Part shown: one piece after another, positions 1 through 10,961 of the stretch
How positions within the stretch are numbered: the first letter of the stretch is position 1
How the letters are laid out: the number at the start of each line of letters is the position of its first letter
DNA from: Chloroflexota bacterium
GTDB taxonomy: Bacteria; Chloroflexota; Limnocylindria; Limnocylindrales; CSP1-4
Assembly: GCA_947475545.1 (NCBI GenBank)
Contig: CANJLL010000002.1
Coordinates: forward strand, 237,488-301,487
Length of the DNA: 64,000 nt
Direction: 5' to 3'
The notes under the pieces: generated by a model
What the model was told of the DNA's origin: nothing
What the model saw: only the letters and a program-made list of their open reading frames with translations
Databases searched by the model: none
Translations under genes and position numbers: made by a program

Positions 1-2
1 TC

Positions 3-443
3 CACGACGCCGACAAGCTCCTGGCGCGCGACGATCCCGCCCGCCGCCTTGCCCACGGCGACGGCTCCGCCGCCTGGGTCACCCGGCTGGGCCACCCCGA
101 GCTGGCCCCGGCCATCGCCGGCCATCCTGTGACGCGCCTCGCGGACCCGACGTGGCCCGATGCCTGGCTGGCGACGGCATCCCCGGAGGCACGCATCGTG
201 GCCTACGCCGACAAGCGCGCCGGGCAGCGCCTGGAGCCCATGGCGGCGCGCTTCGCCTCGTGGGACCGCCGCTATCCGGGCGGCTGGCCGGGCGAGGAGC
301 CCGGGCGAGCGTGGGCGAATGCCAGCCGCCTGGAGGCCATGGTCTGCGCGACCGCCGGCGTGCCGCCGGGCGACGTCCGCCGGCTCCCGTGGGCCTCGCC
401 CCTCTTCCGCGACGCCCGGCGGCAGGCGGAGGCAGCCGCATGA
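3..443 (+). CDS. HD-domain metal-dependent phosphohydrolase (5'-truncated by window edge)
   Basis: Open frame from nt 3 reads HDADK...AHG...IAGHP...VAYADKR, matching HD-superfamily motifs; stop overlaps holA ATG (ATGA). Confidence 0.7.
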   Translation, partial: HDADKLLARDDPARRLAHGDGSAAWVTRLGHPELAPAIAGHPVTRLADPTWPDAWLATASPEARIVAYADKRAGQRLEPMAARFASWDRRYPGGWPGEEPGRAWANASRLEAMVCATAGVPPGDVRRLPWASPLFRDARRQAEAAA

Positions 444-1489
444 CGCAGGCGACCGCCGTGGCGTTCCTGTGGGGGGACGATACCTGGGGGCTCGAGGCAG
501 CCACGGAGGCGTTCCGGACCCGTGCAGACCTCTTCCCGTTCGGCGCCCCGGAGCGCTGGCGCCTGCGTGGCGACGACGGGACCCCGGCGCGGGTGCTGGG
601 AGCCCTGCAGGAGCGGCTCGCCACCGGCGCGATGTTCGGCTCCGGGACGCTGGCGATTCTGGCGGGCGTGGGGCCACTGGTGCGTCGTGGCGAGGACCGG
701 AACGCCCTGATCGCGACGCTGGGCCTGATCGCGCCCGGCAACGGGCTGGTCATCGTGGAAGAGACGGCGTCGGGTCGCAAGGACGCGCCCCACAAGCCGC
801 TGGTCGACGCGGTTCGTGCCGTTGGCGGCAGCGAGACGCAGCTGCGGGCGCCGCGGACGGGCGAGTTGACGCGCTGGATCGAGACACGGGCGCGGGAGCT
901 GGGCGTGAACCTGGGGCCGGGCGCGGCCCAGGAGCTGGCGACCCGGATCGGGGGCTTTGTCGCCGAGGGCGACATCGACCGCCGCCGGCAGGGTCAGCTG
1001 GCCTTCATGGAGCTCGGGAAACTGGCGCTCTTCCGGATCGACGGCACGCCGGTCTCGGTTGCCGACGTCCAGGAACTCGTGCCGGAGGCGGTGCCCGGCT
1101 CCATCTGGGGCTTCGTGGACGCGATCGGCCTGCGAAACGTGCAGCGGGCGATGGGGCTCAGTGACCGGATCCTCGAGAGCACCCCCGGACCCGTCCTGGT
1201 CGCCGTGCTCCACCGGCGGATCAGGGAGCTGCTGGAGATCGCGGATCGGCTCCGGTCCGGGGAACGAGCCCAGAACCTGCCGCGCAGCATGAAGTTGAAC
1301 CCGTACCGGGCCGAGACCCTGGCGGGTCAGGCCGCGCGCTGGACGCCGGAGGAGCTGGCCAGCGCACTCCAGGGCATCCTGGATCTCGACGCCATGGGCA
1401 AGGGGGTGCCGGGCTATTCGCCGGGCGAGGCGCAGCACCGGCTGGCCTTCGTGCGCTGGATCACGGAGCGCGTCGCGAAGCCGACCTAG
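440..1489 (+). CDS. holA: DNA polymerase III delta subunit
   Basis: MTQATAVAFLWGDD start; 'ELGKLALF...VSVADVQELV...IWGFVDAI' and C-terminal 'ILDLDAMGKG' typical of HolA; ATG at 440 coupled to upstream stop. Confidence 0.85.
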   Translation: MTQATAVAFLWGDDTWGLEAATEAFRTRADLFPFGAPERWRLRGDDGTPARVLGALQERLATGAMFGSGTLAILAGVGPLVRRGEDRNALIATLGLIAPGNGLVIVEETASGRKDAPHKPLVDAVRAVGGSETQLRAPRTGELTRWIETRARELGVNLGPGAAQELATRIGGFVAEGDIDRRRQGQLAFMELGKLALFRIDGTPVSVADVQELVPEAVPGSIWGFVDAIGLRNVQRAMGLSDRILESTPGPVLVAVLHRRIRELLEIADRLRSGERAQNLPRSMKLNPYRAETLAGQAARWTPEELASALQGILDLDAMGKGVPGYSPGEAQHRLAFVRWITERVAKPT

Positions 1490-1571
1490 GCGCGAGGACC
1501 GCAGCGGACAACCCCGCAGCGAGCATCCACGGGCGTGTCCGCCGCCCACGCGCCGGGCGGGCCGGCGTCTG

Positions 1572-1829
1572 CTACATCCCGAGGAGCGCCTGCTCCTGGA
1601 GGACCAGATCCGATTCGATCGCGAAGACGCAGCGCGCGTCCGCCAGGTCCAGCATCGTGATCAGCGACGGGTCGATGTAGAGCTGGTGGCAATTCTGGCA
1701 GAGGCCGGCGGGGATCCCGAAGCACAGGCGCTCGGACCGGTCGTGCAGCCGGAAGGTCGTGTCGAACCGGCTCTGGTGCAGCTTTCGCGTACACGATGGA
1801 CAGCGGTCACGCTCGCGAGGCCGGGCCAT
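1572..1829 (-). CDS. Small YgiT/MqsA-N-like zinc-finger protein (85 aa)
   Basis: CPSC...GIPAGLCQNC four-Cys pattern; AAGGA SD upstream of ATG 1829. Confidence 0.6.
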   Translation of the reverse strand: MARPRERDRCPSCTRKLHQSRFDTTFRLHDRSERLCFGIPAGLCQNCHQLYIDPSLITMLDLADARCVFAIESDLVLQEQALLGM

Positions 1830-2033
1830 GGCGGTCGTCCTTGGCGCTATCGGGATGAACCTGATCCATCCCCTGGTCCCCGACGATAGGTACCACGGTG
1901 CTGACCAGACATGACCCGAGGGTACCCGTCCGTACCAGTACTGAAGACTCATCAAGTTTGCCGACCCGAGGGCAAACCCTTGGTGCCGCAGTCTTCAGCG
2001 GGCGGAAGCGTTCGGGTGTGGCTCGACCAGTGC

Positions 2034-2501
2034 CTACTGGACCCGCAGGATGGTCCTTGCCTCGGCCCAGTGCTTCTCGATGCCGTAGTAGTCGCGCTCC
2101 GGCGGCGTCAGGATATGGACCACCACGGCCCCATAGTCGATCAGCACCCAGTGCGAGATGGCCAGGCCCTCGCGTCCGATGGGGCGAAGCTTCTCGGCTC
2201 GCATCCCGTCCACGATGCCGTCGGCGATGGCGTCGAGCTGTCGCTCCGAACCACCCGAGCAGATCACGAAGTAGTCGGCGAGCGTCGTCAGCGGCGCCAG
2301 CTCAAGGACGATGATGTCCGCGGCCTTCTTGTCCTCGGCCAGCTCGACGATGCGCCGGGCGATGTCGATCGCGGGTCGCTCATCCGCCGGGGCGGGCTGG
2401 GCGCGCTGGGGCAGGCCGTCGGGCCGGGGGGCCGAAGCCACCGGGCTCTCGTCGGCAGCACCATTGGCGTCGGCAGGGCTGGACACGGGCTCGTCGGTCA
2501 C
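2034..2501 (-). CDS. rsfS: Ribosome silencing factor RsfS
   Basis: DKKAADIIVL...ADYFVICSG...WVLIDYGAVVVHI...RDYYGIEKHW; GTG start with GGAGG SD. Confidence 0.95.
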   Translation of the reverse strand: MTDEPVSSPADANGAADESPVASAPRPDGLPQRAQPAPADERPAIDIARRIVELAEDKKAADIIVLELAPLTTLADYFVICSGGSERQLDAIADGIVDGMRAEKLRPIGREGLAISHWVLIDYGAVVVHILTPPERDYYGIEKHWAEARTILRVQ

Positions 2502-2508
2502 GGAATGC

Positions 2509-3189
2509 TCATCCTCCAGGTGTGGTCGCGGCGGGCACGGTGGCCGCGCGCGATGGGGTGCTGTACAGCATATGTTCGTCGATGTACGCCACGACCGCGG
2601 AAGGGGCCAGGTAGCGGATGGAGCGACCGGCAGCGAGCCGGGCCCGCAGGGCGGACGACGAGACGCCGAGCCGGGGGCCATCGAGGTACGACACCCGGCC
2701 GCCGAGACCCGGGAACCGCGCCTCGAACCAGTCGATGTCGGGCGTCGCGTGGCCAACTCGGGGCGCCACGGCCAGCCGCGCCAGGCCAAGGATCCGCCGC
2801 GGCTCGTGCCAGCCGGGCAGGTCGTGGAAGGTCTCCGCGGAGAGGATCAGGACCAGGTTGGGCTCCCGCCCCGCCGCGCGCTGTGCGGCGGCCAGCGCCT
2901 CGAGCGTGTCGAGCGTGTACGACGGCCCGGCGCGGTCGATCTCCATTCGGCTGAGCTCGAACGCCGCGTTGCCGGCGATGGCCGCGCTCACCATGGCGAG
3001 CCGGTCCCCGGGGGCGGCGATGGGCACCCCACGATGCGCTGGCGAGCCGGTGGGGACGAACAGCACCCGCTCCAGGCCCAGCACCTCGCGGGCCTCTTCG
3101 GCGACTGCCAAGTGACCGACGTGGATAGGATCGAATGCGCCGCCCATCACGCCGATCGAGCCGGCCACCACGGGGTTTGCCCCGATCAT
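2509..3189 (-). CDS. nadD: Nicotinate-nucleotide adenylyltransferase
   Basis: GVMGGAFDPIHVGH, PSYTLDTL, VSSSALR motifs; start overlaps obg stop. Confidence 0.95.
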   Translation of the reverse strand: MIGANPVVAGSIGVMGGAFDPIHVGHLAVAEEAREVLGLERVLFVPTGSPAHRGVPIAAPGDRLAMVSAAIAGNAAFELSRMEIDRAGPSYTLDTLEALAAAQRAAGREPNLVLILSAETFHDLPGWHEPRRILGLARLAVAPRVGHATPDIDWFEARFPGLGGRVSYLDGPRLGVSSSALRARLAAGRSIRYLAPSAVVAYIDEHMLYSTPSRAATVPAATTPGG

Positions 3190-4481
3190 TCCTCGTCCCA
3201 GTCGGCGGGCTCCCATTCAAGCTCCGCGGGGCCGATCCGGACTTGATCGCCGGACTGAATGCCCTGGCGGCGGAGCTCGGTGTCGATCCCCTGGCGGCGG
3301 AGCTCGCGCTGGAAGCGCTCGGCCGACTCCTCGACCTCGAAGTTGGTCTGCGCGGCCGTCTGCTCGATCCGCCGGCCACGGACGCGGTACGCACCGTCGT
3401 CCTCAAGCTCGACCGCGAAGCCGTCGATCAGCGAGTCCATCCGGTGGATCACGACCCCCGCGGGCTCGGGCGGCCGCGCCAGCTCCTCTACGCTGGGAAG
3501 GAGGCCGGTGATGGCAACGACGAAGGCGTCGATCCCCTCCCCCGTCGCAGCCGCGATGGCCACCACGCCCAGGCCATCGGCCTCACGGGCCGCCCGGAAC
3601 GCGGGCCACGACTCGCGCGCCTCGGCCAGGTCCAGCTTGTTGAACACCACGAGGATCGGCTTGCGGAGGAGCTCCGGGTCATGCGCCGCCAGCTCGTCGC
3701 GGATGATCGCGTGGTCACGCTCAGGATTCCGGGCGGACCCGTCCACCACGTGGACGAGGATCCGGGTGCGCTCGACGTGGCGCAGGAACGCGTGGCCCAG
3801 CCCCGCGCCGATGCTGGCACCCTCGATGAGACCGGGTACATCTGCGATGGTGGGTCGCCGGCCATCGTCCTCGCCCAGGTCCATGACCCCGAGGTTGGGC
3901 TCCAGCGTGGTGAAGGGATAGTCGGCAATGGCGGGCTTGGCGGCGGTGACGGCCGCCAGGAGGGTGGACTTCCCGGCGTTGGGCAGGCCGACCAGCCCGA
4001 TGTCGGCGATGAGCCGCAGCTCCAGGCGCAGCCAGCGTTCCTCGCCCGGGATGCCCATCTGGGCGTGGCGGGGCGCCTGGTGGGTGGACGTGGCGAAGTG
4101 GGTGTTGCCCAGGCCGCCCTTCCCGCCGCGGGCGATGACCGCCTCCTGCCCCACGGCCACGAGGTCCGCCAGGAGCTCGCCGCTGGCATCATCGAGGACG
4201 GCGGTGCCGGGCGGAACCGTCAGGACCATGTCGTCGCCCGACTTGCCGTGGCGCCGGTCGCCCTCGCCCCGACCACCGGACGTGGCCTTGAAATGATGGC
4301 GGAAGCGGAAGTCGCGGAGGGTGGTCTGGCCAGCATCCACGCGCATGATGATCGACCCACCACGCCCGCCATCGCCACCATTTGGCCCGCCGCGCGGCAC
4401 GTGCGCCTCCTTGCGGAAGGTGGCGGCACCGTTGCCGCCGGCGCCGGCCTGCACGAGAATCTTCACGCGGTCGAGGAACAT
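3186..4481 (-). CDS. obgE: GTPase ObgE/CgtA
   Basis: MFLDRVKI...GGNGAATFRKE...GGDGGRGG; GLPNAGKST; DYPFTTLEPNLG; DVPGLIEGAS; NKLD. Confidence 0.97.
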   Translation of the reverse strand: MFLDRVKILVQAGAGGNGAATFRKEAHVPRGGPNGGDGGRGGSIIMRVDAGQTTLRDFRFRHHFKATSGGRGEGDRRHGKSGDDMVLTVPPGTAVLDDASGELLADLVAVGQEAVIARGGKGGLGNTHFATSTHQAPRHAQMGIPGEERWLRLELRLIADIGLVGLPNAGKSTLLAAVTAAKPAIADYPFTTLEPNLGVMDLGEDDGRRPTIADVPGLIEGASIGAGLGHAFLRHVERTRILVHVVDGSARNPERDHAIIRDELAAHDPELLRKPILVVFNKLDLAEARESWPAFRAAREADGLGVVAIAAATGEGIDAFVVAITGLLPSVEELARPPEPAGVVIHRMDSLIDGFAVELEDDGAYRVRGRRIEQTAAQTNFEVEESAERFQRELRRQGIDTELRRQGIQSGDQVRIGPAELEWEPADWDEE

Positions 4482-4611
4482 GGCCTCATCTTCTCACGGG
4501 GCAGGGGTGAGCCGGCCGGGCGGGGGCGCCGCGGGCAGCCGGGAGGCCGCGCCGGGCAGGGAGGGCCGGCTCGCGGCTGGCCGGGAGTCCGGGCTGGTGG
4601 ACGGAAGCCGC

Positions 4612-5943
4612 CTAGAGATAGCCCAGCGGGTTGACCCGGTAGCCGCCGTTCCAGACGGAGCCAATCCAGACCTCGAAGTGGAGGTGCGGGCCCGTCGCGA
4701 GGCCGGTCATGCCAACCCGACCCACCTGCTGGCCGCGGCCGACACCCTGCCCGGACGCGACCGTGAGGGCCGACATGTGGTTGTAGGTGGTGTACAGGTT
4801 GGAGCCGTGCGAGATCCAGACCTGATACCCGCCGCCGTTGCTCAGCCAGCCCGAGAAGATCACGCTCCCGGCGCCGCCGGCGACGACCGTGGTCCCGTAG
4901 TCCGCTGCGATGTCCAGGCCGTAGTGGCCGGAGCGGAAGTACTGGCTGATGTAGTTGCCGCCACCCGAGACGGGCCAGGCGAACGTCCCGCCCGAGTAGG
5001 TGGTGGGCGCCGTGGTACGGACAATGCCGCTGGAGTTGACCACCGGCTTGGGAGCGCTGGTCGGCAGGGCGCCGCCCTGGGCGCCGGGCAGGACCAGCGT
5101 CTGGCCGATCACCAGGTTGGGATCCTGCAGGCTGTTGACCGAGATGATCTGGCCCGGGTCGATCCCGTACTTGCCGGCCAGGCCCTCGATGGTGTCACCC
5201 TCGGTGACGGTGGTGACGATGCCGTTGACGGTGGGAATCCGCAGCACCTGGCCCACCGAAAGGGTGTCCTTGGAGGTCAGGTTGTTGGCCCACCAGATCG
5301 TCGAGAAGTTCACGTTGTAGCGGCTGGCGATCCCGCTGAGCGTATCGCCCGACTGCACGGTGTAGGTGACGACCAGGGCCTTGCCGTCCGCGACCGCGGT
5401 ATCGACCGCGACGGGCTTGAGCAGGGTACCGTCCGCGAGGAGGCCGCCGGGCGCGGCGCGGAGGTCCTGGTCCTGGCCGCCCTGACCGGTGGCCGCGGGC
5501 ACGGGGTCCGCGTCGCCCAGGACGCCGGCGCGACCGGGGTCGCCACCGATGGCGATCCGCGGGGCGTTGCCGTCTCCGTTGGTGCCGCCGACTGCCTGGG
5601 CGCCCAGCGGGGCAAAGCTCAGCACGGAGGTGAAGAGGATGAGCATGACGATGCTGACCGGGAGGACCCGCTCGGAGGCGAACGCCCGCGTCAGCACGGC
5701 GCGGATGCGCCGACCATCGATGGTCAAGGGCCGGGTAGCGGAGACGCGCCGGGCACGCGCTGCGGCCGGTTGCACCTGCATGGCGACGATCCTGGACCCG
5801 GCGAGGCGGTTGGGGCCGCCGGTTACCTGCAGGATCCCGCCGGAGAGCATCCGGCGAAGCCTCGCTGACGGCGATCCCTGTTCACGGATGCCGGAGCGCA
5901 GTCGGTCAATGACCTGCCGCGCGCCGACCGTGGCGTTCTGCAA
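4612..5943 (-). CDS. Membrane-anchored LysM x2 + M23 peptidase (cell-wall hydrolase)
   Basis: TM segment, two LysM repeats (YTVQSGDTLSGIA, TVTEGDTIEGLA), M23 motifs HYGLDIA, YNHM, TGPHLHFE; TTG start after AGGAG (start uncertain). Confidence 0.88.
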   Translation of the reverse strand: MQNATVGARQVIDRLRSGIREQGSPSARLRRMLSGGILQVTGGPNRLAGSRIVAMQVQPAAARARRVSATRPLTIDGRRIRAVLTRAFASERVLPVSIVMLILFTSVLSFAPLGAQAVGGTNGDGNAPRIAIGGDPGRAGVLGDADPVPAATGQGGQDQDLRAAPGGLLADGTLLKPVAVDTAVADGKALVVTYTVQSGDTLSGIASRYNVNFSTIWWANNLTSKDTLSVGQVLRIPTVNGIVTTVTEGDTIEGLAGKYGIDPGQIISVNSLQDPNLVIGQTLVLPGAQGGALPTSAPKPVVNSSGIVRTTAPTTYSGGTFAWPVSGGGNYISQYFRSGHYGLDIAADYGTTVVAGGAGSVIFSGWLSNGGGYQVWISHGSNLYTTYNHMSALTVASGQGVGRGQQVGRVGMTGLATGPHLHFEVWIGSVWNGGYRVNPLGYL

Positions 5944-6074
5944 TACGGTCTCCTGGCGCCGGGACGGGTCCTCCTCTGGGGAAGCAGGAGGCCGTCCGAT
6001 TTCGCGTCTTCGAGCTGGGGGCTCGATACGTGGGCTGGTTGGCGTCCGCCGTTGCGGACCCCAGGGACGGGCAA

Positions 6075-6138
6075 ACCCTACCAGACTCCCTTTGGGCATG
6101 CAAACCCAATGTCACCACGACAGGGTGCCAAATGTCAC
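6075..6138 (-). promoter_or_regulatory. sigma70-type promoter of LysM/M23 gene with upstream direct repeats
   Basis: Minus strand TTGCAT (6103-6098)-N17-TAGGGT (6080-6075); GTGACATT repeated at 6138-6131 and 6115-6108. Confidence 0.6.
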
Positions 6139-6205
6139 GAAGACGCTGCGGAGTGCGATGGGCGGGACCGGCCACGAGCGTTGCGCGCGGTCGTCCGGCA
6201 GGTGT

Positions 6206-7585
6206 TCAGGCGTCGGCTGACTTGGTCAGCGTGGCCAGGAACTGGGCATTGCTCTCGGTCTTGGCCATGCGATTCATGAGGAGCTCGATGCCCTCGTTGG
6301 TGCCCACCGCGGAGAGCATCCGGCGCATCATCCAGACCATCTTGAGGGTGCCCTCCTCGAGGAGCAGCTCCTCGCGGCGGGTCCCGGAGCGCTGGACGTC
6401 GATGGACGGGAAGACCCGCTTCTCGGCGAGCTTCCGATCCAGGATGAGCTCCGAGTTGCCGGTGCCCTTGAACTCCTCGTAGATCACGTCGTCCATCCGG
6501 GACCCGGTGTCAACCAGGCAGGTGGCAATGATCGTCAGGGAGCCACCCTCCTCGATGTTCCGTGCGGCGCCGAAGAAGCGCTTGGGCGGATAGAGGGCGA
6601 TGGGGTCGATGCCGCCCGACAGCGTCCGGCCCGAGGGCGGGAGCGCCAGGTTGTAGGCACGCGCGAGGCGCGTGATGGAGTCCATCAGGATCACCACGTC
6701 TCGGCCGGTCTCGACCTGGCGCTTGGCGATCTCCAGGGCCATCTCAGCCACGTGGGTGTGGTTCTCGGTGGGCTCGTCGAAGGTGGAGGAGATGACCTCG
6801 CCCTTGACGCTCCGCCGCATGTCCGTGACCTCCTCCGGGCGCTCGCCGATCAGGGCGACCATCAGGAGAACGTCCGGGTAGTTGGTGCTGATGCCGTTGG
6901 CGATCTGCTTGAGGAGCATCGTCTTGCCGGCCTTGGGCGGGCTGACGATGAGGGCGCGCTGGCCCTTGCCGATTGGATTGACCAGGTTGATCAGCCGCTG
7001 GCTCAGGTTCTTGGCGTCCGTCTCCAGGTTGATCAGGACGTCGGGGTGCACGGGCGTCAGGTCGTTGAAGATGGGGCGTCGGCGTGCCGTCTCGGTGTCC
7101 ACGCCATTGACGGCATCGACGCGGAGCATCCCCCAGTACTTCTCGCCCTCGCGCGGGCTGCGGACGGCGCCGGAGACGCGGTCACCAATCCGGAGGCCAA
7201 AGCGGCGGACCTGGCTGGAGCTCACGTAGACATCATCCGGGGACGGGAGCAGCCCGTGTCGGCGCATGAAGCCGAAGCCCTCGTCCACGATGTCGAGGAT
7301 GCCGGTGGCGTAGGCCTGGCCGGCGCGCTCCGTCTGGCGCTGCAGGATCCGATCGACGAGCGCATCCCGCCGCTCGCCCGCCGGAGCGTCCAGCTCCATC
7401 TGGCGGGTGACCTGGCGGAGCTCGTTGACGGTCATCTCGTTCAGATCCGCGACGTCGAGATCGTTTCGGTCGCGAGCGGCCTCGATCTCCTGCATCTCCT
7501 CGTGCTCGCTCACCGGGGCACGCCCGACGGGACCACGGCGACGAGGGCGTCGGTTGCGGGAACGCGGATCGGCGCTGCCGGACAT
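6206..7585 (-). CDS. rho: Transcription termination factor Rho
   Basis: [47 protein letters not shown]. Confidence 0.97.
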   Translation of the reverse strand: MSGSADPRSRNRRPRRRGPVGRAPVSEHEEMQEIEAARDRNDLDVADLNEMTVNELRQVTRQMELDAPAGERRDALVDRILQRQTERAGQAYATGILDIVDEGFGFMRRHGLLPSPDDVYVSSSQVRRFGLRIGDRVSGAVRSPREGEKYWGMLRVDAVNGVDTETARRRPIFNDLTPVHPDVLINLETDAKNLSQRLINLVNPIGKGQRALIVSPPKAGKTMLLKQIANGISTNYPDVLLMVALIGERPEEVTDMRRSVKGEVISSTFDEPTENHTHVAEMALEIAKRQVETGRDVVILMDSITRLARAYNLALPPSGRTLSGGIDPIALYPPKRFFGAARNIEEGGSLTIIATCLVDTGSRMDDVIYEEFKGTGNSELILDRKLAEKRVFPSIDVQRSGTRREELLLEEGTLKMVWMMRRMLSAVGTNEGIELLMNRMAKTESNAQFLATLTKSADA

Positions 7586-7780
7586 CGGGTGGATCACCTG
7601 CGCGACGGGGGGGCCCGGCCAGAGTGTCGCGCGGAATCAGTCCGCAGCGGGGGCCGAGGGGAATGCGCGCAGCATAGTGCGGCCACCCGGCCGCGTCAAC
7701 GGCCCGGTCTCATCGCCTCCTGCCGAAATACCCGGGAGCCCGGGACGGCCACAGGCTGGCGTTCGGCCGCGGAGGCGTTC

Positions 7781-7838
7781 GACCCTGCGGGGTCGGCCCC
7801 GCAGGGTCATGCCCTGCAGGGTCATGCCCCTGCAGGGC
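7781..7838. repeat. Perfect 12-bp hairpin plus tandem CCCTGCAGGGTCATG-like units between tal and rho
   Basis: GACCCTGCGGGG-TCGG-CCCCGCAGGGTC at 7781-7808, followed by further CCCTGCAGGG palindromes. Confidence 0.65.
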
Positions 7839-7849
7839 GGCCCCGTTGG

Positions 7850-8521
7850 TCAGCCCTGGGCGTTCTTGGCTGCTGCGGCGGCGCTGGCGGCCGCCCAGTC
7901 CTTCTTGAACTGGACGATGCCCTTGTCGGTCAGCGGGTGGTGGACCATCTGCTGGAGCACCTTGAACGGCACCGTCGCGATGTGTGCCCCGGCCAGCGCC
8001 GACTGGGTGACGTGGAGAGGGTGTCGGATCGACGCAGCGATGATCTCGGCGTCGATCTCGTGGAGCGCGAAGATCTCGCCGAGCTCGCGGATGACGATCA
8101 TCCCGTCCTGGTTGATGTCGTCCAGCCGGCCCACGAACGGGCTGACCAGACTGGCGCCCGCCTTGGCCGCCAGGAGGCCCTGGTTCGCAGTGAAGATCAG
8201 CGTGCAGTTGGTCTTGATGCCCTCGTCCGCCAGCCGGCTGATGGCCTCCAGGCCGTTCTCGCTCATCGCGATCTTGACCACGATGTTTGGCGCGATCGTG
8301 GCGAAGTGGCGGCCCTCCGTGAGCATCCCCTCCACGTCGTCCGCGATCACCTCGGCGGAGACCGGCCCGGACGTGATCTTGCAGACCTCGCGGACGATGT
8401 CGTCGTACGAGCCGCCGACCTTGGCGTACAGGCTGGGGTTGGTGGTCACGCCGTCGAGGACGCCCCATCGAGCGGCGGTTCGGATCTCCTCGACGTCGGC
8501 GGTGTCCAGAAACAACTTCAT
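7850..8521 (-). CDS. tal: Transaldolase (small Tal/Fsa family)
   Basis: MKLFLDTAD...[45 protein letters not shown]; -10 TAGAAT at 8616-8611. Confidence 0.9.
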   Translation of the reverse strand: MKLFLDTADVEEIRTAARWGVLDGVTTNPSLYAKVGGSYDDIVREVCKITSGPVSAEVIADDVEGMLTEGRHFATIAPNIVVKIAMSENGLEAISRLADEGIKTNCTLIFTANQGLLAAKAGASLVSPFVGRLDDINQDGMIVIRELGEIFALHEIDAEIIAASIRHPLHVTQSALAGAHIATVPFKVLQQMVHHPLTDKGIVQFKKDWAAASAAAAAKNAQG

Positions 8522-9117
8522 GCGTGTGAGCTCCGATCGGAACGGCAGGACTGGATCGTGGCGGCCCCGTGGCCGACCGCGGCGCACCCGTGCTCGAGTG
8601 CTGTCGGGCGATTCTACCGCCCAGCGCCGCGCGGTCGTCAGCTGTGACTTCCAGGCCAGCCCAGGCCGCCGAGATACGCCCGGGCGAAGGCTGCGCCCAG
8701 TCAGGCGTAGAGCTGGGCGTCTGCGCCAGCGAAGCCGGGATCTGTCAAGGTCAGTGGTCACCTTGGTCCCCGACCAAGGGGGCATCTCGACACCAACTCA
8801 CCCCGGTGGCGAGGTGGTAGGAACTGCGCCCCACGCGGCGACGTCACCTCGACATCGGACGGCGCGGGCGAATGTCATCCGCGCCGCCAGCCGTTTCTCG
8901 CAATTCCCATGGGGTGAGGACTACGGATGATCGAGACGTCACGCTGGCCGGCCCGCTCGGCTGCCACGGCGAGATTCATGCCGACGCACGCTCGCGTCGG
9001 CACATTCCGGAGGCGCGGCGAGTCCGGTGAGGGGCGGCAACCCGCGTAGTCCTCACCGGGTGTGAATAGCGCGAGTTCGCTGGCAGGAACCTGGTCGTCG
9101 CACGCGGGCGCCCCGAC

Positions 9118-10821
<1,704 letters not shown>

Positions 10822-10847
10822 TCAGGACTCCTCCGGGGGTTTTTATG

Positions 10848-10876
10848 ATGCTAGCGAAAAGCCGCCCCGGAGGCAA
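10848..10876 (-). promoter_or_regulatory. pyrG promoter
   Basis: Minus strand TTGCCT-N17-TAGCAT, then CATAAAAACCCCCGGAGGAG and ATG. Confidence 0.65.
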
Positions 10877-10961
10877 CGCGATTCAACACGGGACGGGGGC
10901 TGGTGACGCAGGCACGCAGCGGACGGCCGGTCCCGGCGATCGAGCCGACGCACCGACCACG

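Noticed and set aside
3-443. Calling the HD protein YqeK because nadD-rsfS are nearby
   Set aside because: Opposite strand, truncated, and lacks YqeK-specific evidence.
1950-6110. c-di-GMP-I riboswitch at the GGCAAAC motifs (1971, 6070) or c-di-AMP riboswitch before LysM
   Set aside because: Missing the GAAA-loop stem and GACGCAAAG elements, the 6070 copy is on the wrong strand, and there is no ydaO consensus.
8640-9110. tmRNA, RNase P RNA or group II intron in the pyrG-tal spacer
   Set aside because: No tRNA-like ends, no GAGGAAAGTCC signature, no domain V; the short [15 protein letters not shown] frame is not a convincing tag.
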